Of a DNA stretch of 64,000 nt, positions 28,554 to 38,177 are shown piece after piece (position 1 is the stretch's first letter; every line of letters begins with the position of its first letter). A program made the position numbers and the translations under genes. This stretch comes from Candidatus Bathyarchaeota archaeon (GTDB taxonomy: Archaea; Thermoproteota; Bathyarchaeia; 40CM-2-53-6). The stretch lies in contig CAVSBL010000002.1 in assembly GCA_963726255.1 (NCBI GenBank), positions 288,001-352,000 on the forward strand, read 5' to 3'. The notes beneath the pieces were generated by a model. It did no database searches, was not told the DNA's origin, and saw only the letters and a list, made by a program, of their open reading frames with translations.

Positions 28554-28682
28554 TTAGAGTCGCGTCAGATATTCGTGCATCAGAAGGCCGCATCTTTGGC
28601 ATCTTATGAGCCTTAGTAGCCTTCCCTCTTCGTCGAAATCTTGGCCTATTTCCCGCACTTGAGCGTGCTGGCATACGTCCAT
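28554..28682 (-). CDS. Small putative Zn-binding protein (42 aa; 63 aa if started at ATA 28745), absent from ORF track
   Basis: MDVCQHAQVREIGQDFDEEGRLLRLIRCQRCGLLMHEYLTRL*: CxH...CxxC. Confidence 0.55.
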   Translation of the reverse strand: MDVCQHAQVREIGQDFDEEGRLLRLIRCQRCGLLMHEYLTRL

Positions 28683-28812
28683 CGAAACGGATTCCGTTTT
28701 GGGCGGGGCGATAGCCGTGTAGGCAATTTGTTTTGCCGTTTCTATTCACCTTCCTCAATAGTAGCTGTCCGTAAACGGACTTAACCGTTGGTGGAGCGTG
28801 TAGCAATTGGTA

Positions 28813-28838
28813 CACGTGGTGGATAATTCCACCAAGTG
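28813..28838. promoter_or_regulatory. Palindrome, candidate operator between divergent small genes
   Basis: CAC-g-TGGTGGA-taat-TCCACCA-a-GTG. Confidence 0.4.
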
Positions 28839-28904
28839 GAGGTGCTTTCTTATCAAGCAGGATGGTAAGAATCAGAGTTTTGTCGATCGATGGAGGCGAC
28901 TTGA

Positions 28905-29252
28905 TTGGGTGTCTTGGTTACCGGAGCCGCGAAGGTTGAGGAGGGGATCCTACGCTTCAAACGTAATGTGCGAATGGTAACTGAACAGAAGAGGGTAAGG
29001 GCATACGCTAAGTGGAGGCCGACATGGACTCATGTAAGAAACTCGTTAGAGGGCCCTCGGGTCAAGCCTATCATACGGAGAATAGAGCCGCTGCCAAACC
29101 AAATCGAACACAAAACCAAAGTGCTCCTAAACAGAGCGGAATTTCGAGCCGGAACAGCGCTCACAGACCTCGTTGACAGAACAATCGTAGAGCTTGAGAA
29201 GGTAAAGAGAAAACTAGATCGACGTTTCCCACAGCGCTGGGTTGCAGCATAA
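28905..29252 (+). CDS. Hypothetical basic protein
   Basis: 115-aa ORF with GGAGG SD upstream of TTG. Confidence 0.6.
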   Translation: MGVLVTGAAKVEEGILRFKRNVRMVTEQKRVRAYAKWRPTWTHVRNSLEGPRVKPIIRRIEPLPNQIEHKTKVLLNRAEFRAGTALTDLVDRTIVELEKVKRKLDRRFPQRWVAA

Positions 29253-29401
29253 CAGCCAACTTGCGGCCCGGACAACCCTAGAACGTTCACACAGAAACGA
29301 TGGCGATGGACCGTCACCCGACTCCCAAACCCGACGCTTTTAATAGTGTCGCGCCCAGTTTCTGAGAATACACCACTCCGTTCGATAGTGCAAGTCGGTG
29401 G

Positions 29402-30163
29402 GTGCTTCATCCTTTGGGCGATATCAGAATTGGTAAGGTAGAAAATCACCTACAGGACGTGATTAGGAAGGAAGGAGCCGCCCATCTTACCTTATTTGAC
29501 CCGGAGAAACTCACACCCTTAGCGGCACGCAACTTGGCGTCAGAAGTCAAGAAAGCTGGTACCGCTGCCGCAATGGTTGGGGGCTCGACTGCGACCTCGG
29601 TTTACGAAGTTGACGCTATCGTGAAGGCGATTAAATCTGCCGGGCTCTACGTAATCTTATTTCCAAACGATGTTGCGGGCCTGAGCCAGAACGCCGACGC
29701 CGTTTTCTTCATGTCCCTACTAAATTCAATTAACCCGTATTACCTGTCGGGCGCCCAGGCACTTGGGGCACCGTTAGTAAAGCGCTATCGCCTTGAGCCG
29801 ATCCCGCTCGCGTACCTAATTGTTGGGGAGCATGCTGGTGCGGCCGGGTTTGTTGGTAACGCAAACCCCATCCCATACGACAAGCCCGAGCTGGCAGCAA
29901 TCTATGCCCTTGCAGCCGAATATCTCGGAATGCGCTTCGTCTACCTAGAAGCAGGGTCCGGGGCGAGAAAATCAGTTTCACCCGAAATGGTGCGCGCCGT
30001 CGATCACACATGCCATATGAACATAATCGCTGGCGGCGGAATCAAAACTCCATCCCAGGCTAAGGAATTGGTTGACGCTGGAGCGAGCGTAATTGTTACA
30101 GGTACGGTAGCTGAAAAGGCGTCCGTAGCAAAGTTGCGAGCCATAATTCGAGCCATGCACTGA
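29402..30163 (+). CDS. Geranylgeranylglyceryl phosphate synthase (group II PcrB family)
   Basis: H.TL.DPEK, VGGST, ILFP, FMSLLNS.NPY, YLEAGSGA, GGGI, VTGT. Confidence 0.93.
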   Translation: MLHPLGDIRIGKVENHLQDVIRKEGAAHLTLFDPEKLTPLAARNLASEVKKAGTAAAMVGGSTATSVYEVDAIVKAIKSAGLYVILFPNDVAGLSQNADAVFFMSLLNSINPYYLSGAQALGAPLVKRYRLEPIPLAYLIVGEHAGAAGFVGNANPIPYDKPELAAIYALAAEYLGMRFVYLEAGSGARKSVSPEMVRAVDHTCHMNIIAGGGIKTPSQAKELVDAGASVIVTGTVAEKASVAKLRAIIRAMH

Positions 30164-30183
30164 ATTCTGGCTGAGGAAGCGTC

Positions 30184-31998
30184 TTGGCTCGTTCCTTTTC
30201 TAAACGCATCACTGGGACAACTCCTTACTACAACCTCATACGGCGTGTGGCCTTTCCGTCGACGAGAACAATCTTCATCGCGTCGCTGGTTCTCACAACC
30301 GTAGGAGTCGGCCTGTCCTTCTCATTCGCCGAGCGGACAATCGCATTCTTTCTAATCGGGGCGGCATGGGGGATAGTTGCCTTCACGCTGCCATCCTTTG
30401 CATCCGACATCGTACTCTATTTCACGATAATGAAACAAGACCAGTTATTCTATCTTAGAAGGTGCCTCGCACTTTCGCTCTTCACAATATTCACTTGGGT
30501 TGTAATTTTCTTGTTCGGTTCAGTGATAACGAATTTGGATCAGAGGTTCATTTTCCCTGATTTCGCGGTCATTCTGGGGCTGTTCGCCGTGATCCCACCC
30601 CGTGCCCTCGCCGTATTTTCCATGTCTAGAACCAGTTTCGCCAGGAGAGCTCTATTCACACTCATGGAACCAACCCTAACTGTATTCTCAGTGATAATCG
30701 TGTTCGGCCTGCCGCTTGCGAGAATGATAACTGGGTTGGTGCTGTCCACGATTGTGGGACTAACTTTCGCTTTCGCCCTAATTGCCATCGTCGAGGTTTA
30801 CGGCCGCGAAGCTATAGGTTTCTCACCCATCCGAATGTTCAGGGCGTTTCTTACCGATTGGCTTGAAAATGAAAATCACGAACTCGAGTCTTACCTCAAT
30901 GAACTCGGTGTCGAAGCCGAAATAAACGCGGCGGCTTTCGCGTTTCGCAGGAAAGGTTCTGACAAGATCAAGGCCGTCATGTTCGTCTCCAACTTTCATC
31001 CCGGGCCTTTCCTAAACGTCGGTAGCAGCGTACTTCCCTATCTTATGCATTCGGTAATGAGCAGAAGGTTCAATGCAGTCACTCTCGTCCCACACGGCGT
31101 ATCAGGGCATGAATTGAACTTGGTTTCCCAAGACCAGAACGCAAGAATTATCCGATGGGTACTTGCGGGGTTGGAGCATGCGCGTTACGACGGCGGCGCC
31201 AGTCGTGTTACGAGAATGAAGAACGAAATGGCCACGGCAACCTCCCAAGCCTTCGACGGATGCGCTCTCGTAACGATGACCACCTCGCCTTCTGACATGG
31301 AAGATGTCCCCTCCGAAGTAGCAAATAGGTTGACAGGCCTTACTCACGGAAGGTTCCGCCACTTGGCTTTGGTTGACGCCCACAATTGCCTTACAGGTCC
31401 CACGACCATGACATCCCAGAAAATCGGGGCTCTCGAGGAGGCGGCTTTAGCGAGTCTGCAAGTCACCGCCGAAGAGCCGTCGAGTTCGTTCAAAGTCGGC
31501 GTGGCTCGCAAAATGCCCGCTGGGTTTACGTTAAAGGATGGGTTTGGCCCTGGCGGGATCTGTGTAATGGGAATGGAGGTTTCGGGGCAACGCTTCGCCT
31601 ACGTAAACGTAGATGGTAACAACATGGTCAGTGGCCTAAGGGAGAAGATCGTGGACGCCATCAAGGACGTCGGCTTTGATGATGGAGAAGTTATGACCTC
31701 TGATACGCACATGGTGAATGGAATCGTTTCTGCCCGCCTAGGTTACCACACGGTTGGAGAGGTGGTGCCTTGGAGTAGGGTTCTTAGCGAGGTTACTGAG
31801 GCTTGCCGCGAGGCGTTAGCTAACTTGGAAACGTGCGAAGTCGGAGTAGTTTCCGGCCAAGTCCTCGTGACCACCCTCGGATCGAAGGCACTTCGTCGCG
31901 TCATGGGCGTTGTTTACAGAATCTCAAAACTTACAGCACTAACTCTCTTTCCCATTGTGGTCGCAATCACAATACTTTCGTTGCTTTTCTTGGTGTAA
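30184..31998 (+). CDS. DUF2070 family membrane protein (putative hydrolase)
   Basis: N-terminal TM bundle; HPGPF..VGSS.LP, HG...HE, VDAHN, DGNN...GLR, T.DTH motifs; C-terminal TM. Confidence 0.85.
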   Translation: MARSFSKRITGTTPYYNLIRRVAFPSTRTIFIASLVLTTVGVGLSFSFAERTIAFFLIGAAWGIVAFTLPSFASDIVLYFTIMKQDQLFYLRRCLALSLFTIFTWVVIFLFGSVITNLDQRFIFPDFAVILGLFAVIPPRALAVFSMSRTSFARRALFTLMEPTLTVFSVIIVFGLPLARMITGLVLSTIVGLTFAFALIAIVEVYGREAIGFSPIRMFRAFLTDWLENENHELESYLNELGVEAEINAAAFAFRRKGSDKIKAVMFVSNFHPGPFLNVGSSVLPYLMHSVMSRRFNAVTLVPHGVSGHELNLVSQDQNARIIRWVLAGLEHARYDGGASRVTRMKNEMATATSQAFDGCALVTMTTSPSDMEDVPSEVANRLTGLTHGRFRHLALVDAHNCLTGPTTMTSQKIGALEEAALASLQVTAEEPSSSFKVGVARKMPAGFTLKDGFGPGGICVMGMEVSGQRFAYVNVDGNNMVSGLREKIVDAIKDVGFDDGEVMTSDTHMVNGIVSARLGYHTVGEVVPWSRVLSEVTEACREALANLETCEVGVVSGQVLVTTLGSKALRRVMGVVYRISKLTALTLFPIVVAITILSLLFLV

Positions 31999-32001
31999 TC
32001 C

Positions 32002-33072
32002 TTGATTGAGGGCATTTCTCACGATTCGCATTATATGCAGCTGCCGAGGGAAGTGTTGATCGGCAAGGATGTCGCACTTTCGGTAGGTGAAACACTCACC
32101 CGCCTTGGCTTTCACGGACCTGCACTAGTCGTCACTGGTCGCAAGGTAGTATCAATTGCAGGTGCAACGGTCCAAGAGTCCCTGCAGCGCGCAGGTTTCA
32201 AATCGTCAACGATACTTGTCGAGAACGCAACAACCGACCAAGTCGCACAGGTCGAAAGGGAAATTCGACGTGTACATCCTGACATAGTTGTCGGAGTCGG
32301 TGGAGGCAAAGACATTGACGTTGCAAAACTCAGCAGTATGAAAGCTTCAACCAGGTTCCTAAGCGTCCCAACGGCAGCATCCCATGACGGCATAGCAAGC
32401 CCGCTGGTTTCAATGAAGGGATTGGACCGACCCTACTCATACGTGGCCCACGCGCCCATCGCAATAGTCGCCGACATATCGATAATCGCCAAATCCCCAT
32501 ATCCCCTTATAGCAAGCGGATGCGGCGACACGGTTGCGAAGTACACAGCAGTCAGAGACTGGAAGCTTGCCCACAGAATCAAGAATGAGTATTACGGCGA
32601 TTATGCGGCTGAACTTGCACTAATGAGCGTGCGCCTTGTGATGAAGAACGCAACCCGCATACGAGCAATGTCGGACTGGGGTGTTCGCACCCTGGTTGAG
32701 GCGTTAATTAGCTGCGGAGTTGCAATGAGCATCGCTGGGACCAGCCGACCTTGCAGCGGTGCAGAGCACTTGTTCAGCCACGCATTGACGATGATAGCTC
32801 CCAAACCAGCGCTGCACGGCGAGCAGTGCGGAGTTGGAACAATAATGTGCGCCTACCTACACGGGGCTAATTGGGAACTAATCAAAGATGTCCTCCAAAC
32901 CATAGGGTGCCCTACAACCGCAAAACAACTCGGAGTCGACCCCGAATATGTCATAAAGGCGTTGACTATGGCCCATTCTATCAGGCCTGAACGTTACACG
33001 ATCCTAGGCGAGAGCGGCCTCACCAAGGAGGCCGCGGAACGGGTCGCAACGCTCACAGGCGTGATTGACTAA
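32002..33072 (+). CDS. egsA: sn-glycerol-1-phosphate dehydrogenase
   Basis: GVGGGK.IDVAK, VPTAASHDGIASP, SRPCSGAEHLFSHAL, LHGEQCG, RPERYTIL. Confidence 0.96.
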   Translation: MIEGISHDSHYMQLPREVLIGKDVALSVGETLTRLGFHGPALVVTGRKVVSIAGATVQESLQRAGFKSSTILVENATTDQVAQVEREIRRVHPDIVVGVGGGKDIDVAKLSSMKASTRFLSVPTAASHDGIASPLVSMKGLDRPYSYVAHAPIAIVADISIIAKSPYPLIASGCGDTVAKYTAVRDWKLAHRIKNEYYGDYAAELALMSVRLVMKNATRIRAMSDWGVRTLVEALISCGVAMSIAGTSRPCSGAEHLFSHALTMIAPKPALHGEQCGVGTIMCAYLHGANWELIKDVLQTIGCPTTAKQLGVDPEYVIKALTMAHSIRPERYTILGESGLTKEAAERVATLTGVID

Positions 33073-33090
33073 TCGAAATATGGTTGGCTA

Positions 33091-34068
33091 TTGATCTTGA
33101 CCAAAGCAACTGCAATAGCACACGCAATTCAGGGGCTCGTGAAGTACCACGGGTTAAAGGACAGCAAACGAAGAATTCCGTACCATGACAGTATATCAGT
33201 CTGCGTTGAAGAGCTGACCACAAAAGCTACCATCGAATTTAGCGACAAATACTCGAAGGACATCATAGAAATAAACGGCGAACCAGCGCGCAGCATCGAA
33301 GCCGCCCGAGTCCTCGCGGTTGTTTCGCCGCTTAGAACGCTTGCGAAGGCGAAGGAACATTTCAAACTCTCCAGCCGGAACAATCTTCCTCAAGGCAAAG
33401 GCCTCGGATTCTCAGCGTCGGCTTTTGCATCGATCGCTCAAGCATCCAGCTCAGCTTTGAGCCTTAGAATGCAACCGGAACGTCTTAGTGAAATTGCTCG
33501 ACTCGGGGCCGGTTCCGCGAGCCGAAGCCTCGTGGGCGGCTTTTCGATTTGGTACGCCAACAAGTACGGAAGCTCATATGCAGAACAACTACCTACAGGC
33601 AAGAAAATGAACCTAGCCATGGCATTTGTTCCCATCCCATCGCAAATCAGAACTGACACGGCGCATGAAGAGTCAGTTACATCCCCTTTTTTCTCCGCTA
33701 GGTTGAAGGAAGTAGGGAAGGTCTTGCCGAGAATGCAGCGAGCGATCAGAGCTGGTGAGGTCGACGAAATTTGCCGGCTTGCAGAAGCTGATTCACTGAG
33801 CCTACATGCCATAACGATGACCGGCAAAAGTGGTCTCGTTCTCATGGGCCAAGAGACAATTGGTATAATTCAAGGGATTACATCACTGAGGGAAACGGAC
33901 CACATACCAGTTTGGTATTCACTTGACACAGGCCCGTCCGTCTACATCAACACCCACGCTGAATCCATCGATACTGTTTGCGCCGAAATTCGGAAGTACA
34001 CGAACTTTCCAGTTCTCAAGAGCAAAGTCGGAGGGCCCGCTCGCACAATAGAAGACCATCTCTTCTAG
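33091..34068 (+). CDS. mvaD: Phosphomevalonate decarboxylase-like (haloarchaeal MvaD type), copy 2
   Basis: KATAIAHAIQGLVKYHG...RRIPYHDSISVC, ARLGAGSASRS, DSLSLHAITMTG, YSLDTGPSV; collinear with 20630..21601. Confidence 0.8.
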   Translation: MILTKATAIAHAIQGLVKYHGLKDSKRRIPYHDSISVCVEELTTKATIEFSDKYSKDIIEINGEPARSIEAARVLAVVSPLRTLAKAKEHFKLSSRNNLPQGKGLGFSASAFASIAQASSSALSLRMQPERLSEIARLGAGSASRSLVGGFSIWYANKYGSSYAEQLPTGKKMNLAMAFVPIPSQIRTDTAHEESVTSPFFSARLKEVGKVLPRMQRAIRAGEVDEICRLAEADSLSLHAITMTGKSGLVLMGQETIGIIQGITSLRETDHIPVWYSLDTGPSVYINTHAESIDTVCAEIRKYTNFPVLKSKVGGPARTIEDHLF

Positions 34069-34102
34069 AAGCGAAACCGAGCCCACTGCGAGAGCCTTAG
34101 AG

Positions 34103-35836
34103 ATGTCAAACGACCTAACCGAGAAGATTCGGAAGTCAGCGATACTCAACGCAATTAGGCACAATGGGAAAGCCGACCCCGGAGCTGTTCTCGGCAACCT
34201 GCTCGGAGAAAATTCCGAGCTAAGGGCAAAGGCAAGGGAACTAACCCCATTGGTGCGGCAGGTCGTTGAAGAAGTCAACTCCATGCCATTGGATCGCCAA
34301 ACAGCCATGGCATTAGAAAAATGGCCTACAGAGCTGGCTAAGGAGCGCCCTGAAGAAGAAAGAAAGCTGCCGCCCCTCCCGAACGCCGACAAGTATTCTC
34401 TCATAGTAACGCGAATCGCACCTAACCCCGATTTTGTTCTCCACATAGGTAATGCCCGGGCCGTAATTCTGAGTCATGACTACGCTAGAATGTACAAGGG
34501 GAAATTCATTGTTCGGTTCGAAGACACAGACCCACGCCTCAAGAAGGCTCAATTGAGATACTACGACATCATCCGAGAGGACTTGAAGTGGCTCGGTTGC
34601 GAGTGGGATGAAGAGTACATTCAGAGCGACCGAATACCCATCTACTACGAAGTAGCTCAAACTCTATTCGCGAAAGCGGCCGCGTACGTTTGTGAATGCA
34701 AACCAGAACGGTTTCGAGAACTGGTCAACAGCAATTCGGCCTGTCCGGACCGGGAACTGAATGTCGAGACCCAAACGAAACGATGGCAGAAAATGCTCGA
34801 TGGGAGATACAAGGAAGGCGAAGCCGTTGTCCGGGTGAAGACGGAACTATCGCACCCGAACCCAGCAGTGAGGGACTGGCCCGCTTTCCGAATCATAGAC
34901 ACAGCCAGGAACCCGCACCCGCGCGTGGGATCGCGATTTCGTGTTTGGCCTCTTTACAACCTAGCATCCGGCGTGGACGACCACGCACTTGGAATAACGC
35001 ACGTGATCAGGGGAAAGGAACACCTCACAAACATGGCCCGCCAGCTCTTCATGTACAAGCATCTGGGCTGGCAGTACCCAGACGCAATTCATTATGGGCG
35101 CCTCAAGGTAGAGGGAATGGAACTCAGCAAGTCCAAACTCATGAAAGGGCTTGAATCAGGCGAGTACAAAGATGTTGACGATCCCAGGCTGGGAACACTT
35201 GCAGCCCTAAGAAGACGGGGCTACAGCCCAGAAGCAATTAGACAACTCATATGGGACGTGGGCCCCAAACCCGTGGACGTGACAATAAGCTGGGACAACC
35301 TCAACGCCCTGAACCGGAAAATTATCGACCCAACTTCCCACCGATACTTTTTCGTCCCAGACCCTATCAGGACGAGGATTAGTGGTGTCGAGAAACCGTT
35401 TGAAGTGCATCCTCTGCTTCACCCGCAACACCTAGAAATGGGAAGCCGAACCCTCAAGCTTCAGCCACAAAACGGAATCGCTTTGGCCTTCCTCGCAGGA
35501 AGCGACAAAGCAGTCCTAGAGTCAGGCAAAGTTGTGCGCTTGATGGGACTGTTCAACCTGAAGCCCCTAGGCTTCTCGGACGGTGAATTGAAGGCAGAAT
35601 TCGTTGACGAAGGTGTTGGCGGCCCCGAAAACGCTTCAATCCTACAATGGGTTCCAGAAGCGCAAAGCCTTCCTGCGGAGATCGTTATGCCTGACGCGTC
35701 AATAAAGAGCGGATTGGTTGAGAACGGCTTAAGCTCTGAGCCTGTTGGTTCCGTAGTTCAATTCGTCAGGTTTGGTTTCGGTCGGTTGGACAAATTCGAA
35801 CCAAACAAGATTTCGGTATACTTTGCGCATCAATGA
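34103..35836 (+). CDS. gltX: Glutamate--tRNA ligase (archaeal)
   Basis: APNP...LHIGN, RFEDTDP, HPNPAVRDW, THVIRGKEH, LSKS, QFVRFGF. Confidence 0.96.
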   Translation: MSNDLTEKIRKSAILNAIRHNGKADPGAVLGNLLGENSELRAKARELTPLVRQVVEEVNSMPLDRQTAMALEKWPTELAKERPEEERKLPPLPNADKYSLIVTRIAPNPDFVLHIGNARAVILSHDYARMYKGKFIVRFEDTDPRLKKAQLRYYDIIREDLKWLGCEWDEEYIQSDRIPIYYEVAQTLFAKAAAYVCECKPERFRELVNSNSACPDRELNVETQTKRWQKMLDGRYKEGEAVVRVKTELSHPNPAVRDWPAFRIIDTARNPHPRVGSRFRVWPLYNLASGVDDHALGITHVIRGKEHLTNMARQLFMYKHLGWQYPDAIHYGRLKVEGMELSKSKLMKGLESGEYKDVDDPRLGTLAALRRRGYSPEAIRQLIWDVGPKPVDVTISWDNLNALNRKIIDPTSHRYFFVPDPIRTRISGVEKPFEVHPLLHPQHLEMGSRTLKLQPQNGIALAFLAGSDKAVLESGKVVRLMGLFNLKPLGFSDGELKAEFVDEGVGGPENASILQWVPEAQSLPAEIVMPDASIKSGLVENGLSSEPVGSVVQFVRFGFGRLDKFEPNKISVYFAHQ

Positions 35837-35948
35837 CTCCATGAAAGCTCGAGTCGCTCTCTCGCCAATAGTGCTTGCATTAGGAGATTGCGAGTTTACT
35901 CATCTCCGTGTGCTGACTAGGTGTCACATGTGCGCTGCAGATGCCTAC

Positions 35949-35979
35949 TCCATGTTTCCATGTTTCCACGTTTCCATGT
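35949..35979. repeat. 8-bp tandem repeat, about four copies
   Basis: tccatgtt tccatgtt tccacgtt tccatgt. Confidence 0.85.
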
Positions 35980-36190
35980 AGTCAGATTTTGGTATGCCAC
36001 ACGGCATATTGCGGTGTCTATTGAGATGTATGCGTCAACCTGTTTCTCGCCCTTATATCCCCATGACAAGCCCTCGTTCAAGATTATTAGGGGGCACTGT
36101 TCCCTGCCGGAAGACCCGCCAGTTCAGCTTAGTCACAACCCGGTTATATCAGGTTCAAAGTCTCTACAAACCACTTCGACTCTAGACTCA

Positions 36191-36499
36191 TTGCTCAGCG
36201 ATTGCATAGATCAAGTTCTTAGCGACCTCGTCGGCGGCAAAGCCAAAGAAGCGTTTTACGATTATATGGAAAGAAATTACGCCGTCGCTAGAGAGGACAT
36301 ACCTCGTAATTTTGGAAAGTTCTATTCATTGACTGAAGAGGTCTGCGGCAAAGGAAGTAGAACAATCGCTCGATGCATCATGAAACGGCTGTGGGAACGG
36401 TTGGGATGGACTTTCGTGGATATGCCAGATTTCATGTTCTCAGATTTCTTGGAAACCACTCGAGCTAGAATCGCGAGAGAATTAGTCGAAAAAGCATAG
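36191..36499 (+). CDS. DUF3227-like small helical protein (start uncertain)
   Basis: 3' part of ORF 35921..36499: ID.VL..L.G.K.K...Y..ME......REDIP.....F....E...G.G...I...I.K.L pattern typical of a TACK small-domain family. Confidence 0.55.
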   Translation: MLSDCIDQVLSDLVGGKAKEAFYDYMERNYAVAREDIPRNFGKFYSLTEEVCGKGSRTIARCIMKRLWERLGWTFVDMPDFMFSDFLETTRARIARELVEKA

Positions 36500-36520
36500 G
36501 CCGACTTGACAAGCAAGATC

Positions 36521-37228
36521 CTATCGCATGAATAGACGATAGAGCAACCACCCAACTACACCAATCATAGCGAGCAACCCGACAAACCATATTCCAAAGA
36601 GCACGGACCATGAAGATGTCGACCTGAAACTAAAGATCGCGCCCTCCTTCTCGTCAATTTCAAGCTCAAATCTCTTAGATGGCGCAATAAAGAAAGACCT
36701 GTACCTGCCGCATACTACCCACTTACCATTCTCCGAGTGGTATGAGATCTCGTTAATGAAAATGCGAGACGAGTCGCTCACGGAGTTGATGTAATCCCGT
36801 GCGATGGTCCCGGCCTCGACCGCTGATTTCACGGCAATAAGATTCTCGGCGGCAGCTTCAGATTTCTTGATGAGGCTTGGTAGCTTATCGTACATTAGTT
36901 GCATGGCGTCGCCTAGGCTGGAAGTTTCGGTGCGAACAGCGAGCAGCTTGCTTTCACCAAAATACGTCAAAATGATACCCATATCTCCATAGAGGATACC
37001 CACAAGCCTCAGGACGCCCTGCCCTCTGCGGAATTGAGTTGCTGTTCCCAAGATCAGCGCAGGCCCGAGCGCGGTGCTCTCGGTTGTTTCCTCAATGAGT
37101 TCTGACAGCGTCCTAGCGTTGTCTCTGGCGGCGTTTTCTACCAGAGCCAAACGGCCGGATCGTTCTTCTAGGATGACAGCTTCTTCTATGCCATCATGGA
37201 GCGCTAGAACATTTTGGGTCAGCGTCAT
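36521..37228 (-). CDS. Hypothetical protein: roadblock/profilin-like N-domain, PepSY-like domain, C-terminal TM
   Basis: VL..HDGI..A.I N-terminus; A..IA..Y...W.V...F.LEID...G.I segment; hydrophobic tail. Confidence 0.55.
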   Translation of the reverse strand: MTLTQNVLALHDGIEEAVILEERSGRLALVENAARDNARTLSELIEETTESTALGPALILGTATQFRRGQGVLRLVGILYGDMGIILTYFGESKLLAVRTETSSLGDAMQLMYDKLPSLIKKSEAAAENLIAVKSAVEAGTIARDYINSVSDSSRIFINEISYHSENGKWVVCGRYRSFFIAPSKRFELEIDEKEGAIFSFRSTSSWSVLFGIWFVGLLAMIGVVGWLLYRLFMR

Positions 37229-37393
37229 CGCTTGGACCCATCTCCTAAACAAAACAGTCTCCGTCAAGCTATTACACTTTGGCCTAACGCTCACCTAAGC
37301 TAGGGGAAGCACGGATCCTCTACGCTCCATTTGTTTCAGTTCGTAGTTACTGGCCGCTGAAAGCGTAAATCACATATAGCAAGAGTCAGAACC

Positions 37394-37843
37394 ATGACAT
37401 TGACAGTTTTGGGGTCCCAAAACCTAGAATCGCAAATGTGGGAGCAGATCATGGGGAACGGGCTTGGACAAGGTTCGTTTGTGACTCTTGACAAGATTGT
37501 GCGCGAGCCGCGAGGGAGTCAAGGACCGTTGCATGACTTACTTGGACTGACATTCGCTTCTGTGAATGTTCTATTTTCGATGCTTGGTTTCGTTCTGGTT
37601 CTCGTCGGAATCAGGCGTTTCAAGACTGGATTGATTGTTAAGACATTGAAACGAGCGATCCCAGTTGGAACCTTACTCTTCCTGTTCTTCGTTACAGAAG
37701 CATTGGTCGCAATAGATGTCCTACCGTCTAATACCCCAATTGACGACGTACTTGGTACTCTCTTCATGGTCGGCTTGCTCTATGTGACTTATGGCTTCGT
37801 AAACGACTGGACACACCTGAATTCCGCCTTGCCCAGCAATTAA
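37394..37843 (+). CDS. Hypothetical 3-TM membrane protein (start uncertain)
   Basis: Hydrophobic segments in the ORF. Confidence 0.6.
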   Translation: MTLTVLGSQNLESQMWEQIMGNGLGQGSFVTLDKIVREPRGSQGPLHDLLGLTFASVNVLFSMLGFVLVLVGIRRFKTGLIVKTLKRAIPVGTLLFLFFVTEALVAIDVLPSNTPIDDVLGTLFMVGLLYVTYGFVNDWTHLNSALPSN

Positions 37844-37910
37844 CCGAGAAAATTAGTAGCAACCGCAAGGGTGGTGTCGAGAGTTCCGACAGTAAGCACC
37901 TTGGCAATCC

Positions 37911-38177
37911 AGCATTAGACATGTTCGCAAGTCCGGTGACTTGAACAACAATCGAATGTAACGCTTCAACGGGGAAGTGCGCGACCGTGAGAAGATAATT
38001 CGAGGTGTAAAGAAGGCTGACAGTCCAATTCTAACGGGGTATCAAATCTATCGTAACTACGTTAGACCACACATGGCCTTAGAAGGAAAGACACCGAGCG
38101 AAGCCGCGGGAATTCAGGTGAAAGGTAAAGACAAGTGGATGACTATAATTCAGAACGCAAAAAGCAGATCAGTCTAA
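37911..38177 (+). pseudogene. C-terminal remnant of IS6-like DDE transposase
   Basis: IRHVRKSGDLNNNRM*RFNGEVRDREK..RG.KK...Y.IY.NY.RPH..L.GKTPSEAAGI...W.TIIQNA; TAA at 37959 in place of the expected Glu; N-terminal part absent. Confidence 0.85.

Noticed and set aside
28489-28815. 108-aa minus-strand ORF in the track
   Set aside because: Featureless; the overlapping frame with CxH..CxxC is more protein-like.
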